DNA of 64,000 nt from Octopus sinensis. Taxonomy: Eukaryota. The position numbers were made by a program, and so were the translations under genes. The stretch is taken from assembly GCF_006345805.1 (NCBI RefSeq), contig NC_043021.1:27218001-27282000 (forward strand), given 5' to 3'. Below the pieces are notes generated by a model, which searched no databases, was not told where the DNA came from, and saw nothing but the letters and a program-made list of their open reading frames with translations. Below are positions 13,201 through 25,382 of the stretch, one piece after another (within the stretch, counting starts at the first letter, position 1; each line of letters opens with the position of its first letter).

Positions 13201-14091
13201 TGGATGCTCTTTCCAGACTATCCTCACATGATAAACAGGAGATGGAAGGACTAAGCATAAAGGTCCACCACATTGTAAATGTAACAAACACAAAGCTAGC
13301 AGAAATCAAAGAGGAGACCAGCAAAGATGAAGATGAAGAACTCAGATGGTGATTCAGGGGTGGCCAAAGAGACGTCAGGTGCAGCCCCTCATTCATGAAT
13401 ATTGGGCCATCCATGATGACATAGAAGTGGAGAATGGAATCCTGATGGCTGGATCCTGACTAATTATACCCAAATCAATGCAAAAAGAGATTCTTGACAA
13501 GATCCACCAATGGAAAAATGCAAGCTCCGAGCCAAGTCAGCTGTATATTGGGTAGGCATGTACCAAGACATAGAAAAGATAGTTTCTACATGCCACATTT
13601 GTCAAAAGTACAGAAACTCACAACAAAAGGAGGAAATGATACCCAGTGACATCCCAAGAAGGCCATGGCAAACTATTGGAGTAGATCTGTTCACGGAAAG
13701 CCAAGAATGGTATTTGATAATGGTCTGCTACTACTCCAAATTTCCATTTGTGAGAAAAGTGAAAGACCTGAAAGCCAAAACAATCACTACAGTGACTTGA
13801 GGACTTCTAGCAGAGCAAGGAATACCAGAGCAGATCATATGTGACAATGGAACCCAGTTCACATCGCAAGAATTCAAAAAGCTAGCTGATGAGTATGGGT
13901 TCAATATTACAACCTCATCTCCACACTACCCCAAAGGCCATGGGTTTATAGAAAGACAGGTGCAGACAGTGAATAGAACACTAGTCAAATGCTGAGAGAC
14001 TAAGGAAGACCCACACCTGGCACTTCTGTCCCTACAAGCGACACCACTGAGGGCTGACATGAAATCCCCAGCAGAAATGCTGAATGGCAGG
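10206..14091 (+). mobile_element. Degraded Ty3/gypsy LTR retrotransposon (5' LTR, PBS, gag, PR, RT, RNase H, IN); 3' end missing
   Basis: LTR 10206-10436 with TGTTA...TAACA ends and AATAAA; PBS at 10437; gag ATG at 10562 and a CCHC-like knuckle; protease KIDTGAQ; RT DASNGYW and IADD; RNase H VDAS..GVGA..ERELLAV; integrase CHIC, PWQTIGVDLF, DNGTQF. Many stops and frameshifts. Confidence 0.92.
10437..10449 (+). promoter_or_regulatory. Primer-binding site complementary to the tRNA-Leu 3' end
   Basis: TGGTGGCAGCGGT directly after the LTR-terminal CA; complementary to the recalled 3' end ...ACCGCUGCCACCA of eukaryotic tRNA-Leu. Confidence 0.75.
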
Positions 14092-14799
14092 TTTGATGAA
14101 ATGATGAAAGGGGATGAAAAGATAACTGTTGAATTGACTGATTAATCCAGTAATTAGTTGGCTCATAATAATCCTTCCTACTATTGAAAACAAAACCTGA
14201 AATGTTGTTTGTTTTGTGTGTGTGTTGTTGGGGCACTAATTGATTACATCAACCCCAATTTTTGACTGATATATATTTTCTCAACCCTGAAAGGGTGAAA
14301 GCCAAAGCTGATCTCAGCAGAATTCGAACTCAAAACATTAAGATGGATAAAATTCCACTAAGCATGTTGCCTGCCATACTGTGCTAATGGTTCTGCCAGT
14401 TTGGCACCTTAGTTGGTTCATAATAAAAAAAAACTGCGAAACAAAACCAGTGTATGTGTGTGTGTATTTATGTATACAAGTCTAGGCTATGGGAATAATT
14501 GGCTTTGAAAGCACGTGGCTTTATGTTCTACCTCACTGCACAGCACCCTTGGGCAAGTGTCTTCTACTGTGCTAGTAACGGGAATTAGATGGAAACTGTA
14601 TGGAAGCCCGTTGTTTGTGTGTGTGTGTATATAATGGCTGACGACTAGCATACTGCTTGAAACTCAAGATTACCAACGAATTTGAATCAAACTGTTTTTA
14701 GTCCACATATATATATATATGTGTGTGTGTGTGTGTTTTGTTGCCCCTTTTTTGTATCACCTGTCTGGATGTTTTGCGTTCTTGTCCCATTTTTGTATT

Positions 14800-14834
<35 letters not shown>

Positions 14835-15300
14835 TTCATATACATATGCACGTATATATATATGTAGTGTTTTTGTGCTTAGATATCCTTGGCTATGAAA
14901 GGTGTTTGTTTTGATTATATTTCGAAATATGTGTGCATGTACAGGTGAGATTGTAACATTGACTAATCAGGACTCACAAATACATTTAGTACAGTCATTA
15001 CAATACAGTTTCAAACAAACATATCAACAACTAGGTACACAATTAAGTACCTGGCAAAATTACCTGACTGATAGCAGCAATGTCAGATGAATCTCATTGA
15101 GATTTACCTGACAGTAATTAGAAAATGGTAGTCCACTGGTGATGTGGTGGCCTTCATCAGTTGCAATTTACATGGAAATAAAGAATCCCTGCTTGAAACA
15201 ACAATCTCTCTTTCATCTCATCACACATCAAACCTTTTCTTCAAGATTTAGTCTTTCTCACAAAGACAGGTGAGTTTTGTTGTTTTTTTTTTGTTCTGAA

Positions 15301-18082
15301 TCATGCCTCACTAATGGATTCATTATCTTTCAAAACAGAAAATGTCACTTCATTTAGTTTCATTGGTTCGTAAGTGAAATCGTTGCTCAACAAAACGGCC
15401 AGCGTAGATCCTCGTTCTGATTTCAATTCTTTGAATTTCTGTATGGCATCATACTGCCTTTGGTTTGTGTCTATGCCTGTTGCAGGCTCTCCAGGGGTTA
15501 ATATATGGGAAAATGGGTAAACAGTCTCCAGGAAACTATCTATAAACATCTTCTTGTGGTTGTTGCTGTCGCGTCGAGCCGTTCGACTCATCTCTTTCTG
15601 CTTCTCAATCCAAGTGTCACGAAGCAATTGCATCCTGTCGAATTGATCTGCAACCAAAGGGAAAGATGCCAAAACCGAACTGGATATCAGCTCCGTGTTA
15701 TCCAAACCGGTTCTGTCTTGTAGGAGAGCCTTTGCCAGAATGTTCCGGTACAATGCATAGAAATGCATCAGGCACACATTACCAATGATGGTGTGAGGTA
15801 AACTGTTCAAAACATCTTTCTGTTCTTTTTTGGGAGGAAGAACTTTGACCACTAATGTTGGCTTTTGGTGCCCAGTAAAAAGACTAAGAAAGGAATTCTC
15901 TTCAACTGCATTTGAAAATCTGGAGTCAAGAGGAATACCCCTGTCATAGGGAGTTCCACCATGAAGGGGCAATTCATAAGAATGGTTTGTAATGGTTTCT
16001 TCATTTAATAAAAGCTTAGTCCAACCACAGCTGAATATCCCTTGTTCCTGGGTGTCTTGTTGGGTGTAAGACAGACACAGCTCAAACAGTAAACTTATCT
16101 GATTCCCTGAGTAATTTGTTCTCACAAAGAATTCTGTATGTAAACTGACATCCATATTATCAGAGACACGAGAAGAAAAACTCCAAGACTTTTGAGATTT
16201 ATCAACTGATTGCACTATGATTGTGTGTATGTTACTCAAGACATTTTTCCCATCAAAAATACAAACTCGTACGCATCGACACTGGACATCGATACCCGGA
16301 CCTGTTTGTGGAATGTTCCGGCAAGACTGAATACTCACAATTTTTAATATATTTACACTGTAAGGACAAATTTGTTTGTCTGAAGGAGAGTAAAACAAAT
16401 CTGTATAGCTCATTGCTGTTTTACTCAAGGATGGATGAAGTGCTTTCTCCATGCGATACTCCGAGTTGGCAGCCCATAAACTACTCAGAGTAGAAGGTCT
16501 GAAACCAGATGGCACAGTGCCTTTTGCTTGAAGAACATCAACAATGGATTGTTCTTGAATTGATTCTTTGATAGTTTGCCAAAGTTGTTTAGCAGAACGA
16601 GTTTTCGGTTTATCTCCTCCGCTGTCCACTTTCACATCCTCATCTATATCTGAGTCTTCTTCATCCTCAAAGTTATCATCACTGTCACTTTCTCCTTCAT
16701 CTTTCCTCGATTCTTCAGTGCTATCCTCCTCCTCCTCCTCATCATCATCATCAGTAGAAGACCTCATCTGCAGATAGGTGCTGGGCACCAGGCCTCGAAA
16801 ACCATCCTTATTTTCAGCAAGCCAACCATTTCGATGGGCCTGCACGATTTTCAAGACTTCACCTTTCTTAAAACTTAAATCATTTGTCTCTTCTTTCTCA
16901 TAGTTTGATAATGCAACAAAATACTTAGTAGGAAGTTCCATCTCTTCATCAGACTCAGATTCTTCCTCCTCCTCATCTGTAGAATCCCCTTCTTCCTCAT
17001 TCACTTTACTCAGGTCCTCCTTCTCCTCCTCATATTCATCAGACTCCTCCTCCACCTCTTCTTCATCTGACTCCTCCTCCTCCTCCCTTCCTTCATCTTC
17101 CTCTTCCAAGAGTTCCTTAGTTTTTGGAGGTAATTTCTGTTTAGGACGAAGATTATGTTTCAAATCTGATTTCATGTCAGCTATTAACTTTGATTTCAAA
17201 CCTTTCTTCTTCTGGTTGGTCACGGAACTTTGACTTTCTGTGGTTGTTGTTGTTGCTGCTGCTGGTCCTTCATGAGGATATGGTGTGGGAACAACTCGAG
17301 TGGGGCTTTTCTCAGATTCTGGTTTCTGATTCAAAATTTTCGACTTGGATTTCGAAGAAGAATGGCTACTTGTAAAAGACTTTACCTTACCAACATCTTC
17401 ATTCTCTGTAACTGCAACGCTGGTACTACTAGCTGGACCACTCGTGCTAGCTGCACCCTCTTCGTCATCCTCCTCCTCTTCATTGTCATCATCATCGTCG
17501 TCGTCGTCATCATCGTCATCAACATCATCGCTTTCCTCATGCTCGTCCACATCTTCGTTTATTTCTTTTTCCGGATTTCCTGCAATACTTTCCCCTGAAC
17601 TGGGAATCTTTCTTACTACTGTTATTATTGTTTTCTTTCTTCGATCGATTTTGCTTCTTCTTTGTTGTGATGCTTTTCGTTGCCGCCTTCTCCCCTGAAT
17701 CTGTATCTTTGGTAGTTTCAACGTTTTGGCTTCCTTCGTTTTCTTTTGATGCTGTTTGTTGAACAATAACATCGTAAGCATCTGATACTAGTTTCTGTTG
17801 GATGGCCACTTTTTTTAGAAGGCTCTTTTTCTTGGAATCGAAATTCTTCTGTTGTTTCGGATCCTTATTTTCAAGTAAATCAATTTCCTTCGTTAGACTT
17901 TCCAGCTCGTTCGCTAAACTTTTACATTCTTCGCTTAACGCCCAAACATTCTCCGACTCCTTCACGTCCGGATTCGACTTCCTAAACTTTTTAAACTTCT
18001 TTAGAAACGAATCTGTATCTTTTTTTAATTTATCAAACGAATTCGATAACGTCTGGAGCGCAACTGGTGTCCTGCCCAACAT
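15301..18082 (-). CDS. NPHP1: Nephrocystin-1, intronless; about 926 aa if one base near 17602-17604 is removed
   Basis: N-terminal coiled coil (MLGRTPVALQTL, cf. recalled human MLARRQRDPLQAL), acidic tract, SH3 domain (YFVALSNY..EETNDLSFKKGEVLKIV....GWLAE...GLVPSTYL), nephrocystin homology domain, and C-terminus LAVLLS...YEPMKLNEVTF (cf. human LQALLS...HEPFDLSEQTY). Present as two overlapping ORFs, 17537-18082 and 15301-17781. Confidence 0.9.
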
Positions 18083-21000
18083 TATTACGCCTGTGATGTA
18101 GAAGAATAAGTTGGGCGCGAGTGTGTGTACGAATGTATGAATGAATAAACGTGGCTGCTCGCGTCAATGTATGTCTTTATACGTCTGTGTGTGTGTGTAG
18201 CTATATATAAATATATGTGTGTGTGTATCTATCTATATATAAATATATATATATGTGTATGTGTGTGTGTGTGTATCTGTCTGTTCGTATTAACATTCTT
18301 TGCAAAATCTTGAACAAAGTTTTCGCGTTGTTAAGGCGAAGCGTTATTAACAACGCGCCACCTACAGGAAAGAAAGTAAACCCCACCAAAAACAAGAGGA
18401 GGTAAAGCCAAGTAGAAAATAAAACGGGAAATCAAAGGGAAGTAATTTGGTAAATTATTTTCGTGCGTTTAAAAAATGCGTCAAGAATGAAAGTAAAAAA
18501 ATTGGAAGTGACAAGAATGGATGGACTCACCCCTAACCATAACTCTAACCCGAACCCTAAAATAGATTGAAATGCAATAGATCGATACTGGGGTTATAAT
18601 TATAGGTGACAATTTCATATGACACCGCTACGGAAAATGGGATTTTTTTGTAGCGGTGTCAAATGAAATTGTCACCCATAATTATAACCCTAGTATCGAT
18701 CTATTGCATTTCAATCTATTTTAGGGTTAGAGTTATGGTTATGGTTAGGGTTAGGGGTGGGGGAAGGGTATCTTATTTTCTTCGCAAATGTAAATAAACC
18801 CAATCTGTTTCTTAAACGAGGGACATATTCATACAGCACGGAATTGTGTTGACATGTGCCGTTCAAAAGGAAAAGATCCCGATTTTGACTGAGGGCTGGC
18901 GAACCAGATGGCTGCACCAGGCTCCAATCTTGATCTGGCAGAGTTTCTACAGCTGGATGCCCTTCCTAACGCCAACCACTTCGAGAGTGTAGTGGGTGCT
19001 TTTTACGTGCCACCGGCACGAGGGCCAGTCAGGCAGTATTGGCAATGACCTCGCTCGAATCTTTTCACACATGTCACTGGCACAGGTGCCAGTAAGGCAA
19101 CGTTGGTAACGATGGAAACAAATATATATATATACATACAAATATGGAAACAAATATATATATATACATACACCAAATATACACAATATTATATATGTTT
19201 AATAATGAACCATGTAATTCACACCCTGGAAATTCTATTTCTGTAAAATGTTGGGAGTGGGTAAAATTTCCGAGGCTTCCATCTCACCCTACCCCGTTTT
19301 TCGGACCGCAAAAAGGGTTTTGTAACACATTAGGGTGTCACAGGAATTCATTCAACGGAAAAAAAAAATTTCCAACGATTCCAAGACGAGAGGGGGGGGG
19401 TCCCCCCTTTCGCCCCCTCTTTTCCGAACCAAAATAAGGGATTTGCAGCATATTAGGTCAGAGTGCTTAACTCCACACCAAAAATCCGATTTTTTCTTTT
19501 CCTTAGTGAAATTTCTCGGAGAGAAATAAAGTTTTGTTACTCCACAAATTTTTTCGACAGGCAGCTCAATTATATGTTCCCCCCACAGACCAGTCACACT
19601 TTCCGACTGCTTAATCGCAATTCCAGGGGTGCTAATGTAGATTTGCATCTCTCCTAGAAAAATACATTTTTCTGAGAAAGTTTATTTGGATTCCTAGGTT
19701 TTATAAGTCAGAATAAACTTTTTCAGAAAAATACATTTCTGAAGGGGAGGTGTGAATTTGCATTAGCCCCGTTCCCAAATCTTTTAGTGGGTGCATCAAA
19801 CAGCTTTTCCGTCATCCTCAAAAATTTCATGGATGCGAAAATGAAAGCAGACATATATAACAGGTATAAATCCTTAAATCCTTTAAAATGTTTTAGCCCG
19901 AAGGCCGCGGCCATGTAGAACATTTATTTCTGTACTTTCTGTTTATTCATTTAAGTCATTGAAATTGTTGTGCGCACACACAGATACAAATGTTCTCCAG
20001 GCATTTGGCTATTATTTTTAGGATATCGACATTTACAATTTCAGTCAGCTTGGAGTTTTTCATAGAAAATTTGAGATTAAAAAAATTTTTCATATTCTTA
20101 ATCTCTGTATTTTTCCACGTACATTGAAAAATATATTTAATTTTGCAAAAGTTTACCGGTAGATAATGCAGCTTGTATTCTCTCTCTCTCTCTCTTTTCT
20201 CAAGCAAAGATATGTTCATTTTAAATCGCTTCTCTAGAGAAACAACATTCTCCCCACCACCACCACCACCACCACACAAAAATTAGTTTGCACGCGAAAG
20301 TTTTTTTTTTTTGTTTTTTCGTAAAACGTTGGTCTAGCAAAACAGTATGTTTTGCTGAGAATTAATCCATTTTTTTGACAGCAAGAGGTAAGAAGCAGTT
20401 TGTCTGAATTTTTACCTGTCGACATACATGAATACACCAATTATACACAATTTATATATATTTAATAACGAACCATGTAATTCACACCCTGGAAATTTTA
20501 TTTCTGTAAAATGTTGGGAGTGGGTGAAACTTCCGAGGCTTCCACCTCACCCAACTCCATTTTTCGGACCACAAAAAGGGTTTTCTAGCTTGTTGGGATG
20601 GGTTATGTTAGCATGTTACAGGAATTCATTCAACGAGAAAAAAAAAAAAAAAATTCCAATTCGCTTCCCCCTTTTCCGAACCAAAATAAGGGATTTGCAG
20701 CATATTACGTAAGGAGGTTAGAGTACTCGATTCCACGCAAAAAATCCGAATTAAAAAAAATTTTTTTCCTTAGTGATAATTCCGGGGGTGGGGGTGGTTT
20801 GCCCCCCCTTCCAGACCAATTCCGAACCAAAATAAGGGATTTGCACCATATTACGACGTCAGGGTACTTAATTCCACGCAAAAAATCAGAATTTTTTTTT
20901 GGAGAGGAGGGATGTTCCCCCCCCCCCTTCCGGACCAATTCCGAACCAAAATAAGGGATTTGCAGCATATTACGAGGTCAGGATACTTAATTCCACGCAA

Positions 21001-21163
21001 AAAATCAGAATGTTTTTTTTCCTTAGTGAAAATCGTGCGGGTGTTACTCGAAAATAAGCTAAGATATTTAGAATTCTACTTTCGAAAATAGTTATATGAA
21101 AATCTATGATTAATAACATAAGCGGTCCATGTTCATATCCGTAAGCGGCTGAAGATCTTCAAA
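18083..21163. promoter_or_regulatory. Divergent (head-to-head) intergenic region between NPHP1 and SLC4A1AP
   Basis: The two ATGs face away from each other 3.08 kb apart. TSSs cannot be located from sequence alone. Confidence 0.55.
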
Positions 21164-21772
21164 ATGGATGCTATGTCTGGCAAAACCAAAACAGACGAAG
21201 AAGAAATGGATTTTTGTGACGAAGAGAAGAAACCTGCTGATACAGACACAGCAGATATGAACGACAAAGAAGAAATTGATTTTAAAAAGCCATTAGCGAT
21301 GGTTAAAAGCAACGATGAACAAAACTTACCGACGATCTCTTGCGAGGAACCCGAATGCGAAGAACCTGCTCTCGACTGCCCTTCGTCAGAACCAACAAAC
21401 CTAACAGCCTCGATCCCTTATAAAGAACCTTATTGGAGTGGAATGGCTACGAAACCATATTCGTTCGATGTATTAAAGAACGGCAGCATTATCGACAAAG
21501 TAAATTTGAAGGAGAAACCCTTCTACATATTCGGTCGCCTACCGACCTGTGATGTGACTTTGGAGCATCCGTCTCTCTCGCGCTATCACGCCTGTATACA
21601 ACACTGTGGCACCACATGCGACCGGTATCAGCAGGGCTGGTATTTATACGACCTTGATAGTACACATGGAACTTGGATTAATAAGATACAGGTTCGTCCC
21701 AAGGTTTATCATCGAATCCGTGTGGGTCATGTAATCAAATTTGGCGGCAGCAGTCGATTGTTCATCCTGCAG
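21164..21772 (+). CDS. SLC4A1AP: Kanadaptin exon 1 (FHA domain)
   Basis: PYKEPYWSG...FGRLPTCDVTLEHPSLSRYHA...YDLDSTHGTWINK...GHVIKFGGSSRLFILQ; 609 nt, phase 0; donor CAG|GTTTGT. Confidence 0.95.
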
Positions 21773-24258
21773 GTTTGTTTTCGTTCATTCCTTCGTTTTA
21801 TGACTTGTTTTACTTTCACGCCAGCATGGGATACTGTTTCTCAACCGGGGTCCACATGGCCCTTCGAGGACCATATAAGATTTTGTTAAAATTTATGGGC
21901 AGTAAACCGGTTATATTCCCTCAATACGTAACATTTAAACATATTTTTATACGATTCTTATAATATTTAATCATAAAAATATGAGAGGTTTTAGACATTG
22001 AAACGCAATGAGAGTGTTCCTCCCTGGGTTAAAGTAGGAATTGAAAGGGTCCAAAGGTAAAAAAATTGTTGAGAACCCCTGGGACAGACGAATATTTACA
22101 AAGTTTCTGGTTTTAAGGATGTCTCGAAAGGCTTGGCTGGAGGCCCAACCGTCCGAGTTCTTTAAACTGGACTGCTGCAATAAGTGTGGATCTGATTGGG
22201 GAATATGTTCAATAAAATCATAAACTGTATTTTCTTTTACCCCAAGTCAGGAACTTTTCGGCACCCACCTCGTAACACACATTATTGAGATATTGTTTAC
22301 TTAATAGTTGATATGTTATAAAAGAAAGATCAATAGAAAACGGTTAACTTGTACTTTTGTAGTTTCAAAAAGGAAAGCATATTGACCAGAAATGACGACA
22401 GTGATATCCATAATTCCATAAAAAGAACTGACGAAATCTTGTAATATTATTAACAGAACTCTCATTGTGTTGCATACTCAGACACTTGTATGTATCTTCT
22501 AGCAATAGCTGGAGTATTAGAAACAGCAGCTGAGGTACATCATTCCAACATCTGTGCAACAATGAACATTCCAGAGAAGAAGGCAATTTGCCGCTTGTTT
22601 GGCGATGCATGATAGCCAACATTGTTACATTCTAGCAATGCAATAATCCTGAATGACTACTGAGCTTTACAGACAAGAATCTGTGGTGGTGTTCCTGTGG
22701 ATTCACAATAGATTGTTTACTGTAATTATCAGAGTTCACTAGTTTGTATCCATTACTTCTGGTCAACTTCTTTTCCTTTAATCAAAAACATTCCTTAAAG
22801 TGCACATTTAATAAAAAAAAAAAAAAAAATCAGTGTGAGATGTGACAGACAAACTTACATGGTTGAGGTGATCTTTCATTTTATGATTCAGCAAGTGAAA
22901 CCACTGAATGCTACAGAGGTGTTCATTTGCCAGGAACTTGGTAATGAAATGGTTATAGTTTTCTCTAAAACTGTAAGTTTGTTTTGGAATGTAACAAAAC
23001 CAATGTGTGTGTACAGGCAGACACAAATGAACACACATTTGCTGTGTGTGGGTGTTTGTGAGAAAACTTGATTAATAGGTACATCTAAATGCCCAATGAT
23101 TGATTTGCAAATGAAATCTGAAAGAAATTCAGTATGTTAGATACTTACGTCTTATGCATCTTGAAAGACTTTTTTTCTTACGTTAAGTTAGAGTTATATG
23201 AAATTATGTTATAAGAGAATTACCTCCTCCTCCTCCTCATCATCATTTAATGTCTGTCTTCCATACTGGCATGGGTTGGACGTTTTGACAGAAGCTGGTA
23301 AGGCGGAGGACTGCACCAAGCTCTACCGTCCTTCTGAATGCCAACCACTAGATGCCAGATGCCCTTCCTACTACCAACCACTTTACTGAATGGACTTGAT
23401 GTTTTTTTACATGGCTCCAGCAAGGTCTGTTTTAGCATTGTGTCCATGGTTGGATGCCCTTCCTAATGCCAACCACTTTACAGAGTGGACTGGCTGCTGC
23501 TCCAGCATTGATGTGTTCTGCTTATGAGATTAACACCAGCAAAATTCCTGTAAAATACAGGGCTTGCTTGATGTCCCCTGCATGATGCTGTCTTTCTTTC
23601 TGTTCCTCATCCATTCTACAATATTTGCAAAGCTGCATCGATGTAGTTGTGCTGATTAGGGTTTATTATTGTCTGGTTTGGCAGTTGGCAGCAAGCATGC
23701 TGTCTGCAGTTATAATAATGCAGACCTCCCTGGAGAGACTTTGAGCTGAAAGTGTAACTGCTACTTTTTGGTTTGATGCGTTAAAGAACAGCAGCATTAT
23801 CGACAAAGCAGGAAACCCTGGAAGGATGAAAGGCAAAGATGACCTCAGTGGAATTTGAGGTCGAATACTAATTATGACAGAATTCTTTAACGTACAAAGC
23901 CAGTCATAACTTTGGTAGAGAAAGGAATAGTTAGGAAGTGCCCAGGAGATCATTAAAAGAAAGCAAGAAAATTGTACATTATGCAAACTTGAGAATGGGT
24001 GTCAAGAGAATGTGAAATATGAAAAGAAGAGTAGTACCAGTTGTAACTGGAGCACTTGGGTTGGTGATAAAAAGACTTTTGGAAACACTTTGATACAACT
24101 GGAATCTGTCCCAGCATTATGACACTGGAAGAGACAACTGTTTGGGGACTGGCTAATATCCTGTGAGAAGGTCTGCCTGAGGTTACGTAACTTGGTTGGG
24201 ATTCAGTGAAGTGCTCCACTGTTAATATGATTTGAATAAATATATAAATACACACACA

Positions 24259-24316
<58 letters not shown>

Positions 24317-24939
24317 AATGGCTGTCCCCTCTGTTGATACAGAGATCAGCTGAAGCAAAGCCTAAAACTGACAGGAATCGATCCTAAAGCCTGGGGCATT
24401 GAAGTTCAGGTCTGGCCCAGCTGGCATCACTCCATCTCCACTGTGACAAATCCCATACATTAATACCCTGGTGTAATCCAAAAAACACAAAACATATAAT
24501 CCATGATACAGCTCCAAGGTTGTATAAAGGAAGCTGGATTTACATGTAATACTCTGAAGTTACATAACTTCCAGTTGGCTTTCCTTGGAAATATATGTAG
24601 TACATATTTACCTACTCCATTACCTACACCCAATGATATATACATAGACAACTAGCTTCTCTCAGTTTCTTATCTACGAAATCCAATGGAAAGGCCTTGG
24701 GTTGGCCTGAGGGTTATAATAGAAATCACCTGGCCAAGGGGCTATGTAATGGAACTGGAGGTGAACCCATGTGTTTGGGACCTAAACTTTGTAACCACAC
24801 AGCTATGGCTATGTTAAATTAGAAAAATCTGTAGGGTAGGCCCAGAACCAACAGATAATACTTCAGTGGCCTTTATGCGGGCTGCCACCCTCTCTACTTG
24901 TGAATGACTCTTGCTTCAAATTAATGTTTCTCTTTAAAG

Positions 24940-25102
24940 GGTCCCGAAGAAGACCGAGAAGAGGAGGCCGAACTGAGTGTAGCAGAACTGAAGTTGCAAA
25001 GGGAAAAACAGAAGAAAGAAGCTGATCTCCTTCGACAAGATAATTTAATAGGAAACCCTCATGAAATCATCAGCCAAGATGATGGCTGCATGTGGGGAAT
25101 GG
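24940..25102 (+). CDS. SLC4A1AP: Kanadaptin exon 2
   Basis: TAAAG acceptor; GPEEDREEEAELSV...DDGCMWGM; GTAAGT donor; 163 nt. Confidence 0.93.
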
Positions 25103-25382
25103 GTAAGTAAAGGGGCCAGCCCATCTCCATCACTTACTTTTTTGTTTCTCTTTATTTTCTTTATTTTATTGGTGAACAATAATATATCAGGTATGACTGT
25201 GTGATAAGAAGCTTGCTTCCCAACCACATGGTTTTGGGTTCAGTCCCACTGTGTGGCACCTTGGACAAGTGTCTTCTACTATAGCTTCAGGCCAACCAAA
25301 GCCTTGAAGCCTTGTGAGTAGATTTGGTAGATGGAAAGTGAAAGAAGCCCATCGTATATATATATATATATATATATACTTC

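Noticed and set aside
17599-17621. Micro-intron (GTAAG...CAG, about 22 nt) to repair the NPHP1 frame
   Set aside because: Far below typical metazoan intron size; a single-base indel is simpler. Mentioned only as an alternative.
16568-18101. Plus-strand Ser-rich ORFs opposite NPHP1
   Set aside because: Antisense shadows of the Glu/Asp-rich coding strand.
18528-18760. TTAGGG/CCCTAA repeats as interstitial telomere or fusion site
   Set aside because: Only a few degenerate units, embedded in MITE sequence; similar units occur at about 4840 and 43070.
21773-21889. ORF extension of kanadaptin exon 1 (VCFRSFLRF...)
   Set aside because: Read-through into intron 1; homology resumes at 24940 after the GT donor at 21773.
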